Shown here one piece after another: positions 48,601 to 62,613 of a stretch of 64,000 bases of DNA. The stretch covers positions 46,438,001-46,502,000 of the forward strand of contig CM060732.1 of NCBI GenBank assembly GCA_030704615.1, given 5' to 3'. Source of the stretch: Takakia lepidozioides. Lineage: Eukaryota; Plantae; Bryophyta. The translations under genes were made by a program, and so were the position numbers. Below the pieces are notes generated by a model, which did no database searches, had not been told where the DNA came from, and saw nothing but the letters and a program-made list of their open reading frames with translations. Position 1 is the first letter of the stretch; each line of letters opens with the position of its first letter.

Positions 48601-51600
48601 GCGGAGGGAGTGTTTGACAGTATGGCTGAACGAAATGTTGTGTCGTGGAACGATGATCACATGATATGCCTAGCGTGGTTGTCATAGGGAGGTCCTGCAA
48701 CTATTTAAAGGAATGCAAAAGAATGGCTTGAAGCCGGATAGTGTCACCTTTATATGTGTTCTCCCTGCATGCAGCCACACTGGCCTATTGAATGAAGGAA
48801 GACGCTACTTTTGATTCCCTGAGTCATGATCATGGTGTCACTATGACAGGACAATACTTGGGCTGCATGGTGGACCTTCTTGGACGTGCTGGGCAATTGG
48901 ATGAGGCAGAGGGCCTCATTAGATGTCAATCAAAGCCAGTGTGGAGGGCTTTGCTGGGTGCCTGCGGAATCCATGGCAATGTGGAGATGGCTGAACATGC
49001 GGCAACATCTATCCTCAAGTGGGATGAGCATGATGCCGTGACTTATGTGTTGCTATCAAACATCTATGTTGCAGCTGGCAGGTGGGATGATACTGCAAAG
49101 GGTAGAAGAATGATGACGGTCAGAGGGGTTGGAAAGGAGCCAAGTCGTTGCTGCAGTGAGGTTGGCAACATGGTGCACACCTTCGTTAATGTTAATGAAT
49201 GCAAGTGGTGAGGAACAGCAGTTAATGCATTCCCCCATTTTCTCTTTTTGGAGTTTGTTAGGGATTGGAGACAACACATAGTTACAGAAGAACATAAAAA
49301 GCTCATTGAGATGGAAAGGGAAAATACCATCAACCCAAAAATAAAAGCAAAGAGAGACCATGATACGTACATATACAGAACTGGTATTGAAAATTTGGAG
49401 AATGATTAGAGCAACACCGATCGACCATACCTTCCGGAAGCTAATTGTAATCTGCCCCTCATGTATGGTACTTGAAAGAGGTTAGTTTTCCTCCACTGTA
49501 ATTAAACCCCTAAACTTCCAATCATTTTTTTTTGCCAAACTACAAAAATACTGGACCTCAAGCCATTGAAGACCAATAACATGCAAAAAATTTAGATCCA
49601 TGACACTGGCTCTAAGAAAAAAACAAGAAAAAAAAACCGTGGATGTTGCTGAAGCAAGTAACTTAGGGCCGGGTTCCATGGGCGCTCCCAAATGCCCTCC
49701 CAAGCAAATGAATCGCCCCTTAAAAATGAGAAGGGGCGGTTCCTTGGACACCTTTCCATTCATCCCTCTAGAAATCTTTGGCACCAATTGCTCAGGGCCC
49801 ATGACATAGTAAATGGACAATTAATATAAGTTTTGGATGGAAATATCAAAGATCAATCCCTCCCCTAAAATTTAACTTAAGTTTATGTATTATGTAAGTC
49901 CCCAGCTATAGGAAAAGACAAAGGTGTCAGTTAGGGGCGCCCGGGAAACTCGATCGCCCTTTGTCAAGGGACGGTTTTTTTGCGCCCCTTAGCAAGGGCC
50001 CATTCTGTGGGGGGGGGGGCGCCCCTTAGGGTATACGCTATTTGGATCAATAGCGTTTTCACTAATCCTGGGGCGATTCATTTGGGGGGGGGGGGGGCTC
50101 GTATGGTATCACTTGACTCTACGGAAGGTGGATACTGGATACCTTTATGACATCCAACATGTAGTTTGAACCCACAATCACTAGTGAGGCGCCAGCATAT
50201 GCCCTTACCAACAGGACTCAATGTTGGTATGGGTGAGCTTCATGGTTATATAAGCCTACACATAAAAAACTTTCAGTATTTCAACCATATATATATATAT
50301 ATATATAGGGAATCACCTTGGAAACGACAGCTCACAAATCAGGCCCCTTCAGGCCCCTTGATTAAGTGAGAGGAGAAAATAACTAGTGTTGTATTGGTAT
50401 GTCCATTTTGGCATACCTGACTGGTCGTGGTAGGTTCAACTTGGCTGTTGGGTGCCCGTGGTAGATTAGGACTAGCCAGGTAGGTTATAGGATGGGTATG
50501 GGTATTTCGAATTTTGAGATAGCCTGGTCCTAGGCATGGGTATGACAAAAACTCAAATGACATACTGGGGTGGTATTTACAATGGTATGGTTATATTTCT
50601 AATGGCTGGTATCTTCAACAATTCCATTATATATTATGGTATTTTAAGGTTAATTTCATGTTAAATTTATATGTCTTTTATATTTGTACCCACAAACCTC
50701 TCAGTGTTGTTATTTATAATTTATATTTTTGGTACATGGTTAATCCATGCTTACTCCCATAACCAAGGATGACAAGTGGTTAATCCGATAACCTGGATCC
50801 ATGCGGCTCAATATAGTGCTATTTTTTACATTGCACAAATGTGAATGAGGATAAGCACAAAAAAATTGTGTAATTACACATAGCCATGCTAGCTTGGGTT
50901 TATCAATCCTCAATACGGGTCTCAAGCCAAGTACGAAAATAGTTCATACTTAGACTGGTATGGTAAGCAAGGGGGGTAGGTCCATTGTTCAAAACCCGGG
51001 TCCAGGGTATAGCCGGGGTATACGCCCCAAGACATACTCAACTGGTATGTTCTACAATACCCTTTACTCATACCAGTGCACATACCCCGGCCGACTGGCA
51101 CATACCAGTACAACACTGAAAATAACCTTGCCCAAGGGAAGGGAGAGAAGATCATACAACACCCATCCAGGTAGCAGGATTTGACCCCAGAATCATCTGG
51201 GTGGCACGTCGCCAGGATCATACTGCCCAAGGGAAGGGAGAGAAGAACATATCACACCCCTCCAGGGGTCAACCATACAATTTAGCACTTGGAGAGAAAA
51301 ATAATCTAGCCATATAAAAAAATTCAGATAACCGCCCAACACTGGAAATACGGACTTAGATGGAGCTTTGTTGGTATTGTGCAAGGATGGGGAAAATCAA
51401 TTGCTGAAGTGTGAAACAGCTAAGAAGTTGCTTTGAAATCAGTTTGATTTCTAGGAAAGGCAAGGAAGTTGAATGTCCAGCAAACTTGCAGAGGAGACAA
51501 CTCTACGCACTAACCCATTTGGTTGTTGAAAGAAAGACAAACGAGTTTAACATCCAAGGATTGACTCTGATGTGCATAAATTGGCTCTTGTGGAACAAGT

Positions 51601-51616
51601 GCAGATGGAGGATAGA

Positions 51617-54360
51617 TTGTACTCATAAGATGTTGTTTGCCGTAGCCTTGTGGCCATTGACCCCGCGCCCAGTTTGAGCGGGAACAAAAGGGACAGAACC
51701 TACCTCTGTCAGGGGCTGACGTTGGTAGTAAGACTTATCTCCATATAAAGAATTAATCCGGGTTTTCCAGATATCCTCTAGAAATCCCTTCACACAAGCA
51801 TCAATCTGTTGTGTGTGATTTGCCCAAAAACTAGGCCTCAGGAGGGCCTGGGATTTTGGCTCAGCCTCGAGACTTTCAAAGTTGGTAAACAGGGGTACAG
51901 GCACAATTCCCTTAATAGATTTGAAGAGAGCGTCTCTTTGGTGAGAAAACCCCAGACAGTGTATCAGAAAATGAATACTATCTTCAGATTGCCCACACAA
52001 CGGGCAATTGCACTCTCCCTTTCCTCTCTGCTTCAGTTTGCTGTTCAAAGGTAGGCTTCCTGCCCTGAGTTTAAATTTCAGTCTAGTGCCGAGAGTGGGT
52101 AGACCCTTGAGGTCATCCAAGATGTCCTCCCCCATGTCACAGACTGGAAACAAGTTCAGGGAAGTTTTCTGCCTAACTTCATTTTCATCAGACAATCTCA
52201 TGGCAACATACATGGCTGAGGACACTACAGCCTCTAAGTCAGATTTATCCAGCAGGGTCAAGACTTGCGGATCCAGGTCCAGGTCCTTGAGGATCTCTTC
52301 TACTCTCTTCTGCCAGGACTTAGCTTGTTTGACAGGGCGGTCCTGTTTCCAAGATATAGAGTCGATTAACTTAGGATATCTGGTGTTGGGCATATGTTGC
52401 AGCTGACCCCACCATCTGACCTTGAATTCATCTCGTGGGGAGCTTAAGGACGGAATGCCAAACTCACCCCGAACAGCCACATTGGCTGTTTTGGAGCATG
52501 TTGACATACACTCCTTAAGCACCCCCACTTGAATGGATTCTAGAGACTTAGCCTGGTTGGAGTTATCAACCCATATAGCAGATCCGTACTCCAAGGCAGG
52601 TCTAATAACGCGACAAAGCATGGTTTTCTTAACCTCAGAGTTGACCCTTCTGCAGTGGAAAAATTGAGTGAGCCCCAGAGCTTTGCCCTTGCCAGTTTGA
52701 ACAACTTTCCGGATATGTGCATCCCAATTTACAATTGGAGGAGAACTCAACGCCCAGGTAAGTGTAGGAAGGGAGGACCGGGATCTCTTGGCTACCCCAC
52801 TGCCACTTAAGATCACTTCCTCCCTCTCCTCTGTCGTTGAATGCTACCACTGCACATTTGCTGACATTAGCCTCTAGCCCCCAAAGATCAAAGTATCTCT
52901 TCGCGCAATCAATCAACTCCTGGAGATTGGTTGGAGTCTCCCCTATGCCTGCGAAGTCATCCGCAAAGATAAGGGCTGGTATGGTGGTATCACCCACCCT
53001 TAACCCAAATCCCTCACTTTCCACATCCTCAAGGAGTTGATTGATGAAAACATTGAAGAGCAGAGGGGAGAGAGTACATCCTTGAGCTACACCTTGGTCT
53101 ATGTCAAAGAAGTTGGACTTCTGTCCGTTAACAGTGACACAGCTTTTGGTGTGAGCATACAAGTTGTGGACAACTCTCCACATCTTTCCCTTGATCCCAC
53201 AAGACCAGAGGCGGAACCATAGGCCATCTCTCCACACTGTGTCATAAGCCTTTTTGACATCCATGAAAAAGACATAAGTGGGTTTCCCTTCTTTTTTCCT
53301 TCCCTGGATAATCTGGCTTAGAGTGAAGATATGATCCACACAGCCCCTGTTTCGCCGAAAGCCAGCTTGGCCTTCGTGGAAACAACCTCTAGACTCCAGA
53401 TCAACCTCGAGACGAGTACTTATAACTCTGCAGAATGTCTTGCCAACAGCATTGGGGAGCGTGATGCCACGGTAGTTCCCCGGTTCTTCTCTGTCACCCT
53501 TCTTGTATAGATTGACAATGACCCCCTGTCGCCAGCGAAAGGGGATCATTTCAGTCTTCCAGATAAGGTTAAAGAGGAGAACTAGGGCCTCTATCATGGG
53601 ATCGCCACCGTGCTTGATAAGCTCGTTGACAATACCATCAGGTCCACCAGCTTTATATCCATTTAAATGTTCAATTGCTTCCACAATCTCAGAAGAACTA
53701 ATGGGAGCATTATAAGCCATTGAAATATACTCCAGTTCATCAGGGCTGTTTTGAATCATAGGAACAGTTTTTCCAACTGAGTCCCTCCATTTAGCATAAG
53801 ACCCCTCACTGTTAGACCTAGAAGTTCTGCCAAGGATACTGTAGTGAGTTTCAAAGGTTTTGACAATGTCAACCGATGAAGTCACCACTCCACCTTTAGT
53901 AGTCTTCAGCGCTTGTACTTGCTGACCGTTTTTCGGCTTGTACAAACGTTGAAGGGCCAACCAAAATTTCTTGTCATTACCACCATGGTGGTTTGAGTTT
54001 ATTTCAATGTATAACTTGTCCTAGTATAATTTCTTCTGAGACCTAACAAGCTGATTGATATCTTTACGGAGCTGGTAGTACCTCGCCCACAATTCTCTGT
54101 TGGTTTCCAAATTGCAGCACTCTTTATAGAGGGCTCGTCTCTCAGCTATCTTGAGTTTAATCTCATTGGTCCACCAATTAACTGCTCTACCGCACACAAT
54201 TAGTTTCCTCCCAATGATCTTGTCAGCCGCGGAGGAAACGAAACTCTCCCAAGAGTCCACTGCTCTTTTGACTTCATTTCTTGCGTTAACAGAGCGTGAC
54301 TGAAGTTCTTGGAGCGATTGGACAAATATGAGGGAGAGCCTCTTGCAAGGCCTGGACGAT
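51617..54360 (-). mobile_element. LINE family A, 5'-truncated copy (RT plus C-terminus) with 14-bp TSD
   Basis: TSD AGATGGAGGATAGA at 51603-51616 and 54361-54374; ORFs 52635-53960 and 51623-52816 are highly similar to 19243-21611 and 15052-15642. Confidence 0.93.
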
Positions 54361-54956
54361 AGATGGAGGATAGAGTAGGCCAATGGGGGGCCTACTCTTG
54401 GATCCTTGTGGGTGACAGCTATTCTGGAATGTGAGCCCTCGTCCCTCAAATTGTTTCGGTGGGGTTCCTATCCACATTCAGTGCAATCAAATGTGGTTGC
54501 TCCATTTGCCCAATCACGCTAGAGATATCTTCCTTCATACTCGGATTGGTCCCAAGGGACCCACATATCATTGCCTAGTCTCATTCTCGTTGGTGGAGGA
54601 GTGTACTCTCCTAAATCCTCAAACTTTCCTTAGCAAACTGAAGTTAGTCATAAGTTCAGCGATGTGAAGTCAAGCTGGACAAGGAAGATGAGGCCTTCCA
54701 TTGGCTCCGTAGATTGCCCCTCACCATCTTCCCAACGACAATCTCTCCACAATCGGAGTGAAAAAGTTGAGAGAATTGGGGAATTGAATCTAAATGTCGC
54801 ATCTTCCATAGACTAGCAGAGTGTTTTCCTTGATAATCTGACTTGGAAACAGTAAACAAAGGTGAAATCACCAAATCCTCATCATTCGTTACCTTTGGCA
54901 GGGAAAATCCTTGGGGAAAGACGACCACCTTTGTGTGACTGCGGTCCCAACTTCCC

Positions 54957-54963
54957 TATTTAA
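54957..54963 (+). promoter_or_regulatory. Putative TATA box of the Lhcb gene
   Basis: TATTTAA ~85 bp upstream of ATG 55046. Confidence 0.45.
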
Positions 54964-55045
54964 GTCTCCTGTTTCTCACTCGGTTTCCAGACTGCCTATT
55001 CTTCTCCAAGTCCTCTGCCGCTTGATCTGATTATAGTCGGCAACC

Positions 55046-56180
<1,135 letters not shown>

Positions 56181-57522
56181 AGCCCATCAGTGGAATTGGG
56201 TGCAAACTCTTCCAGAAGTGATCAATGTGGATTCTAGCAAACTCTTCCAGGAAGTGATCAATGTGGTCTACTCTACAAATGTACTATAGGCTGTTCCTCT
56301 CTGTAGTTTTCAAAGAACTGAACGAGGCTATCTGGTCTCCAATCCCCGGCATTCACTTTTCGCCACATGGTTGTTGTTCAAAGTGGATATCGAATCTTTT
56401 GCAGTAAAGTCCACTTTTGTTCTATATTTGTTGGATCAACAACACGCTGTACCTCAATGCATGGAGGCTTAATTCAGGTGGTGTAATGTAGTTGAAGTGG
56501 GTTGGAAACGTCTTATAACGCGCAGGATGTGAGCAAAGCTCGAGATACATACGAGATGACAGCTATAATACCCCTCCTGACTAATTCATGCAAACTGTGG
56601 CTTTTGAAAACTGATCAAAAGATGCTTGAGAGCCTGCAGTGTAATCCAAAAGAACAACCGGATTGATTCTGACATCTACAGTGTGATGAAAGCACAGCTT
56701 GGAGGATAGGGATTCATACAGAGTTTGATACGGCTGTCTCTTTTCAAAGATTTTCTCAAATAGATGGCATGCTAGGCCGTGGCTAATTGCATGGTGTCTC
56801 CAGGCAGCCTCTGGCAACAAGAACACAAGGTCCACATCCAGTAACAAATAATCACGGTGATACCATGACAGTTTCTACTTGCTTAGTTGTACAGCTGCAC
56901 ATGTGAAGGTAGACTAAAGTCTCATCACATGGTGTTATATTGCTGTCCTGCATTGGACCCAGTCCCTCCCAGTCCCTATTCGATTCTATTCTTGATTTAT
57001 TGGAAACAATTGAAGAGATGTAGAAATTCTACTTCGTATCCCTCAATAATGAGAAAAAGGTCGGTCTTTCCATCTTGTATGAGAGCTTAACCATCACAAT
57101 GAAAACTTTGGCAAATTAATTGTCTCAACCGAGGTAGGCGATATGTAAACCCCTAGTAAAAGCCGGAAAGTAAAACACCCAGTGTTGTTTCAGCAATTTT
57201 GGGGTGCAAGACTCTCTCTTTAAATGCATTAAGTTACTATTCCTTGCATTCTGCCCTGAATGCTCTTATATAAGGTTTCCCTGCTGCACTTGTTGATCAT
57301 CATGGTTGGATTGTGATAGTCACCAGGGATATAAAAAATCATGTACTCCAACCTCTCTCTTTCCTTCTGACATACGATAATCCTAGAGAGACCACTTTTT
57401 CGTATCGCTTGCAACCCAATCTGTGGCATGATGTAATGTTTACAGGTTTAGGAAAGACAAGAGTAGCTTGAGGCTGACTGTTTTGGAATTTCCAATTTGT
57501 ATTATTAGGGTCCCCAGCAGGG

Positions 57523-57716
57523 GAGGGTTGCGCCGGCCAAGGAGGTAGTGCAATACCAAGGCGACGCGCGCGGGCCCTGGCAGCAAGCTGCCGGGTGGGC
57601 TCGCACCCGAGAAAAATTAGATTAATATCATGAGACTCGATGAGTCTCGTATCAGATATTAAACTGATAAGAACAGATACTACACTTGATCTTAGCCAAA
57701 AGGCCGAGAAAGGTAT
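57523..57716 (-). ncRNA. U2: U2 spliceosomal snRNA
   Basis: Reverse complement ATACCTTTCTCGGCCTTTTGGCTAAGATCAAGTGTAGTATCTGTTCTTATCAGTTTAATATCTGATAC..., Sm site AATTTTTC, stem-loop IV loop ATTGCACTAC. Confidence 0.97.
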
Positions 57717-57740
57717 ACTTTAGTATGAGAGGTCGAAGAG

Positions 57741-57785
57741 TTATATACTTCGCTGGATCCTGAATATGCACAATCGATATGGGAT
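57741..57785 (-). promoter_or_regulatory. snRNA promoter: USE-like ATCCCATATCG (57785-57775) and TATATAA (57747-57741)
   Basis: One mismatch to the plant USE consensus RTCCCACATCG; TATA at about -31. Confidence 0.8.
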
Positions 57786-59650
57786 AATGTTTTGCTCGGT
57801 GATTTATCTCGTCTTGCCAAACCGCCTCCTCAGTGTCTTCCGCAATTTGGCCGCGTGTGTTGGTCGCAAGAGGAGAGAGACTGCAGATTTCGCAGTGGGA
57901 GCAATCGGAGCCCAACAATAGGCGGCCAAGAGATGAGGCGGGGCGTTTGGCTTTGGGTTTGCACTTGTACATGAGAGAGAGAGGCGAGTGAATAACAGCT
58001 TTGCTCTATTGAAGATTTCATAGGGCCTGCTTTGTCTGAGGCATGCGAGATGCCCAGAGATACTGAGAGCTGGAAATCATTTGCGAACATGTACCTTCAC
58101 CGGCAGCATTGCTGTATATTTGAACAATGGTTTGAAGTTTCGGTTGTCAGCATAATAGGACAATGCCACGGGATGCTCACTGGAAGCCCACACCTTTTCC
58201 CGTTCATACGCCAGTCACTAGACCAGGCTTGTCACAGCCTTGATGATGAAAAAAGCTAACCTAATCTTTCGGGGTCAGGCTCGGTCGCAGGGAGGAGGGG
58301 GACAGTATGGAGAGGCCAAAAAGATGGAGAAGTTGATAACCCCAAAATGGTAGCCACGAGGTGCTCTTTCCAGAGGCAGTCCTGGTTCTCGACCCACTGA
58401 ATATTAAACTCAGTCCGAAATTGCATTGCGCTCACACTTAGGCAGCTATAGTCCAGTTTCATAGGCCTTTGAGGGCTCCTACGCTCCAGTTCCCTGCCCA
58501 TTTGAATCATTTCTCCTTGCAAGGTCATCCAAGGTGAACATAGGCCTGCTGGCAGGAGGATCAACCCGTGTGAGTGCGTCAGCATTTGTGTTCTCCTTAG
58601 CCCTTCTTGGGTTACTTCTCACTACCCTTCGATATCATGCAGGATTTGATTTCTCAAGAATTAGTTGGTGTGAAAGTGACAAGAGAAAGGCTTGATTCAA
58701 CCAGCAGCCCCAGGTGCTACATTGCAATTCCCACTTTCCATTTTCATCAACCTGAGCGCACTTCAATCTCTCTCTCACTCACTCCTCTGCTCTCACTTTG
58801 GGTCTAATTCCAGTCAATCTCAGTTTTGTTTGAATATTCATTTGAGTTGAAGATACAAACATTGCTGTGGTAACATTAGTGAAATTATGTCCCCCAATAT
58901 CATAGCATGAAATGACAAACCTACTCTTGTTGTCCAAATCGTCATAAATCGGAGTGGGAGAGATGGGGTTCATATGCTGTGGCATTAGACTCTGTAGCTT
59001 GTGGTGAAAACCCGTGTTTGAATGGAGCAGGGAGAGGGGAGGGGAGAAGAATGCCAAAAGGCTCAGATGGACTTACCCTGCTCTTTTTGGATTGAAGCCT
59101 GTGTGGCAACAGAGAACTTAATGTGCATTCTTCAATGCAACTAAAACTAAGTCCAAACATCAATGTCCGCTTCATGAAAGTAAATCGCTCCAGATTGAGT
59201 AAGAAAAGTATCCCAGGGAATAAAACTAAAGGGCCAACTCCTCCCAAAGCCACTCTCTATGCTTATTGCTTGGTCTGCAAACATCAAGAATAGAACCTTC
59301 ATCGAAGAAAGGTATGGACTATAGACCTGAATGAAAGAAGGGAACTTTAAAACGTCTACAGAAAGCCTACAATAAATCACGGGACAAGAACGGGGAAAGA
59401 GAAGAGCGAGAGCCAGAGCTGGCTGGATAATCTATTCGAGGGAAGTATCGTGGAGGTCTCTCAGAGTGAGAGTTGTGACAGGGCTGACGAACGGCCCACG
59501 AAAATTCCGGTGCCAATGGAAGAGTTGCAAACGTTTTGAGTATAGTTGGATACCCCTCTAGATACCACAAAGGTGACAGCTTCTGGGTGTCGTCCTTGTA
59601 GGTTGTCGACCACAATTGCTGATACGAGGGACGGAGAAGAGTAAGGAGAA

Positions 59651-59850
59651 TGTACTCACGAGACGTTGTTAGCCGTAGCCTTGTGGCCGTTGGCGCCCAG
59701 TTTGGCATTCAAACGGTTGCTTAGTAGTCCCCACGGAATGTAGTGTTGATGCAATGGCTGCTGGCCATTGAAAAACATTTTATATTGGAGAACTCCCGCC
59801 CCAATATGGCATAGATGACAGTGGACATTGTGCCCGATTAACACAAAATG
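59651..59850 (-). mobile_element. Divergent LINE family A-related 3' fragment
   Basis: Encodes ...[16 protein letters not shown] followed by GTACA and TTCTCC; upstream sequence is diverged; 5' boundary uncertain. Confidence 0.7.
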
Positions 59851-60540
59851 TTTCTCAGTGAAATTCAGGCAATCTCTGTTCTCTTACTCCAAATTTTCAG
59901 GACGTTGACATGTTTTTAGTGGAAATCTTATAATATCTTTGTAGACTGGACCATAGAAGCTGTCATGAACGACAAGTAAGATCTCTGTCCCACACACGAA
60001 CCATAGTGGTTCTTATAACTGAGGAGTCGGTTCTTAATCCACAAAAGCCCTAGGTGGGTTTGTTCAAGACTGGCCTGTTGTTTGGAGAATGGCTTGTGGA
60101 GCGTTGGTGGTTGTAGCTGATCTATACGAGGGTATCATTGAAGCTATAGCCGCTGAGCTGCCCACTGGCGGTTTGCACAGAAAAATCCAAGACCGCCAGA
60201 CTTCAGACATAGGTGCACAATGATGGATTGAGAGTTGGCCAAACTCCTGTGGTGTGTAAACAGTTTGGAGCTCAATATGGCGATGGTTCCAATTGCAATG
60301 TATGCCACAGAACTCTAGGCAAAGAATACACTAGGTACTGTTTGGTGATGATTCAGGGGTTCATTGCTAGTGGTACATTTCATTCTGAAAGTAGAGGACT
60401 AGTGGTTCTTTATCTTGGATATGTAGCTTGAAGAAGCCTGTCCTCATGAAAGGATCTTTCCTTGAAGTACCTAAAAGCTGCAAGATACATTATGTGGGCT
60501 CATTAGTGGGTTTGTAATTAAAGGTTTGGAGTAATCCAGG

Positions 60541-62613
60541 ATGGGGAGGTTGAATCAGGCACTATTGTCTGTTAAACATCAGACTGGCAACAGGGGTAGC
60601 ATCTGCACCATCGCCACAGCTTTTGTAAAAGGTCCCAGAGAGGGAGTCCAAACAGACTGTCCTGGCACCCACAAGGATGTGAGGATACTATGTAAGGCAG
60701 CACAACTGAATGAGGCGCTCCGTATTTTGAATCGACCACACATTCAGGTAGACTCCAAAACTTATGTCCGTCTCTTACAGGATTGCATCGGTACAAAAGA
60801 CCTAGCAAAGGGAAAGCAGGTGCATGCCCACATCCTCCAAAGTGGATTGAAGCCAAGCATCTTCCTACTCAACACCCTTGTCAATATGTATGCCAAGTGT
60901 GGGAGCATGTTGGATGCACGCGGAGTGTTTGATGAAATGACTGCACCAGACATGTTTACGTGGACAATGATGATGTCAGGATATGCCAAGCATGGCCATG
61001 CTAAGGAGGCTTTCAAGATGTATGAGCAAATGAAACACAAAGGGGTGTCACCTGACAAGGTCACGTTCATTTGCGTTCTGAATGTGTGTGCCAGCTTAAC
61101 AGCCCTGGAAAAGGGCAAAGAGGTCCATGCTGACATAATAAAAGCTGGAATTGCCTCATTTGTTAATTTGGAGAATAGCCTTGTTGACATGTATGCCAAA
61201 TGCGGGAGCATCAACGATGCACGGCGAGTGTTCGACAATATGGCTAATCGAGATGTGGTCTCATGGAGTACAATGATCGCAGCATATGCTCAGCATGGGT
61301 GTGGTAGGGAGGCTTTCAAAATTTATGAGCAAATGCACTGTGAAGGGGTGAGGCCCAACTGGGTCACACTCATCTCTGTTCTCGATGCATGTTGCAGCCT
61401 TGGAGCCCTGGAAAAGGGCAAAGAGGTCCATGCTGACATCGTTAAAGCTGGAATTGCCTCACACACCAATTTGGAGACTGCTCTCATTGACATGTATTCC
61501 AAATGTGGGAGCATGAAGGATGCGCGTCAAGTGTTCGATAATATGTCTAAACGAGATGTGGTCTCATGGAATGCCATGATTGCAGGATATAATAAGTGTC
61601 GGTGTGGTAAGGAGGCATTCGAGATCTATGAAGAAATGCAACGTGAAAAGTTCATGCCAGACAGGGTCACATTTATTTGCGCTCTCAATTCGTGTGCTGG
61701 CCTAGGAGTCCTGGAAATGGGCAGAAAGGTCCACGCTGATATCAAGAAAGCTGGACATGAATCATGTTTCAAATTAGAGACTGCTCTCATTGACATGTAT
61801 TTTAAAATTGGGAGCTTTAAAGATGCCCAGAAGGTGTTCGAAAAGATGGCCAACTGTGATGTGGTATCATGGAGTGTGATGATTGCTGGATATGCTCAGC
61901 TTGGGTATGGCAGGGAGGCTCTCCATATATATGAACAAATGCAGTTGGAAAGGGTGACACCTGACACTGTCACATTCACTTCACTTCTCAATGTATGTGC
62001 AAGTCTGGGAGTGCTAGAAAAGGGCAAAGAGGTCCATGCTGACATCATCAAAGCTGGAATTGCATCAGAGGTTATTTTTGAAACCGCTCTTGTTGAAATG
62101 TATTTGAAATGCGGGAGCATGCTGGATGCATGTCATGTGTTCTACAACATGGCTGAAAGAAATGTGGTTTCATGGAGTGTGATGATCACAGGATGTGCAC
62201 AGCATGGGCATGGGAGGGAGGCCCTGCAACTTTTTGAACAAATGCAACAGGAAGGCCTTAAACCAAATGGTGTCACCTTTATTTCTCTTCTCTCTGCATG
62301 TAGCCATATGGGTCTCGTGGAGGAAGGCCATCACTACTTTGATTCCATGAGTGCAGTACATGGCCTCACACCAACAATGGAGCATTGTGGCTGCATGGTT
62401 GACCTTTTAGGGCGTGCAGGACAGTTGGATGAGGCAGAGGACTTCATAAACAAAATGCCACTTGAGCCAGATTCTTCAGTGTGGGGGGCCTTGCTTGGGG
62501 CTTGCAGAATTCATGGCAATGTTGATGTAGCAGAACGTGCTGCAAAATGCATCCTCAAGTTGGATCCCCAGCACCCTGCAGCTTCGATGCTGTTATCAAA
62601 CAACTGGCTGTAA
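60541..62613 (+). CDS. PLS-class pentatricopeptide repeat protein (organellar RNA-editing factor type), ~17 motifs plus E1 and partial E2, no DYW
   Basis: Intronless 690-aa ORF with regular L-S-P triplets (VTF..VLN.C / ..ETALIDMY.KCG / VVSW..MI.GY), P2-L2-S2 (MEHCGCMVDLLGRAG), E1 VWGALLGACRIHG; stops at MLLSNNWL. Confidence 0.92.
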   Translation: MGRLNQALLSVKHQTGNRGSICTIATAFVKGPREGVQTDCPGTHKDVRILCKAAQLNEALRILNRPHIQVDSKTYVRLLQDCIGTKDLAKGKQVHAHILQSGLKPSIFLLNTLVNMYAKCGSMLDARGVFDEMTAPDMFTWTMMMSGYAKHGHAKEAFKMYEQMKHKGVSPDKVTFICVLNVCASLTALEKGKEVHADIIKAGIASFVNLENSLVDMYAKCGSINDARRVFDNMANRDVVSWSTMIAAYAQHGCGREAFKIYEQMHCEGVRPNWVTLISVLDACCSLGALEKGKEVHADIVKAGIASHTNLETALIDMYSKCGSMKDARQVFDNMSKRDVVSWNAMIAGYNKCRCGKEAFEIYEEMQREKFMPDRVTFICALNSCAGLGVLEMGRKVHADIKKAGHESCFKLETALIDMYFKIGSFKDAQKVFEKMANCDVVSWSVMIAGYAQLGYGREALHIYEQMQLERVTPDTVTFTSLLNVCASLGVLEKGKEVHADIIKAGIASEVIFETALVEMYLKCGSMLDACHVFYNMAERNVVSWSVMITGCAQHGHGREALQLFEQMQQEGLKPNGVTFISLLSACSHMGLVEEGHHYFDSMSAVHGLTPTMEHCGCMVDLLGRAGQLDEAEDFINKMPLEPDSSVWGALLGACRIHGNVDVAERAAKCILKLDPQHPAASMLLSNNWL

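Larger units (their letters stand above)
42237..49211 (+). pseudogene. PLS-E PPR pseudogene interrupted by a CACTA element (5' part 42237-42410, 3' part 47318-49211)
   Basis: HVKMLSEAGRLKEALQTLNQGGISADSDT*VCLLH resumes after the element as KC..KQVHTHIIQSGF; L-S-P repeats with stops and frameshifts; E domain GCMVDLLGRAG...VWRALLGAC...YVLLSNIY...KEPSRC. Confidence 0.88.

Noticed and set aside
56203-56266. ~28-bp direct repeat in the Lhcb 3' UTR, plus assorted (GA)n/(TG)n microsatellites and the 18-bp duplication near 7508
   Set aside because: Ordinary slippage duplications with no evidence of function.
57523-57716. U2-targeting retrotransposon (Utopia/Keno-like) insertion
   Set aside because: The U2 gene is uninterrupted and no LINE junction in the window contains U2 sequence.
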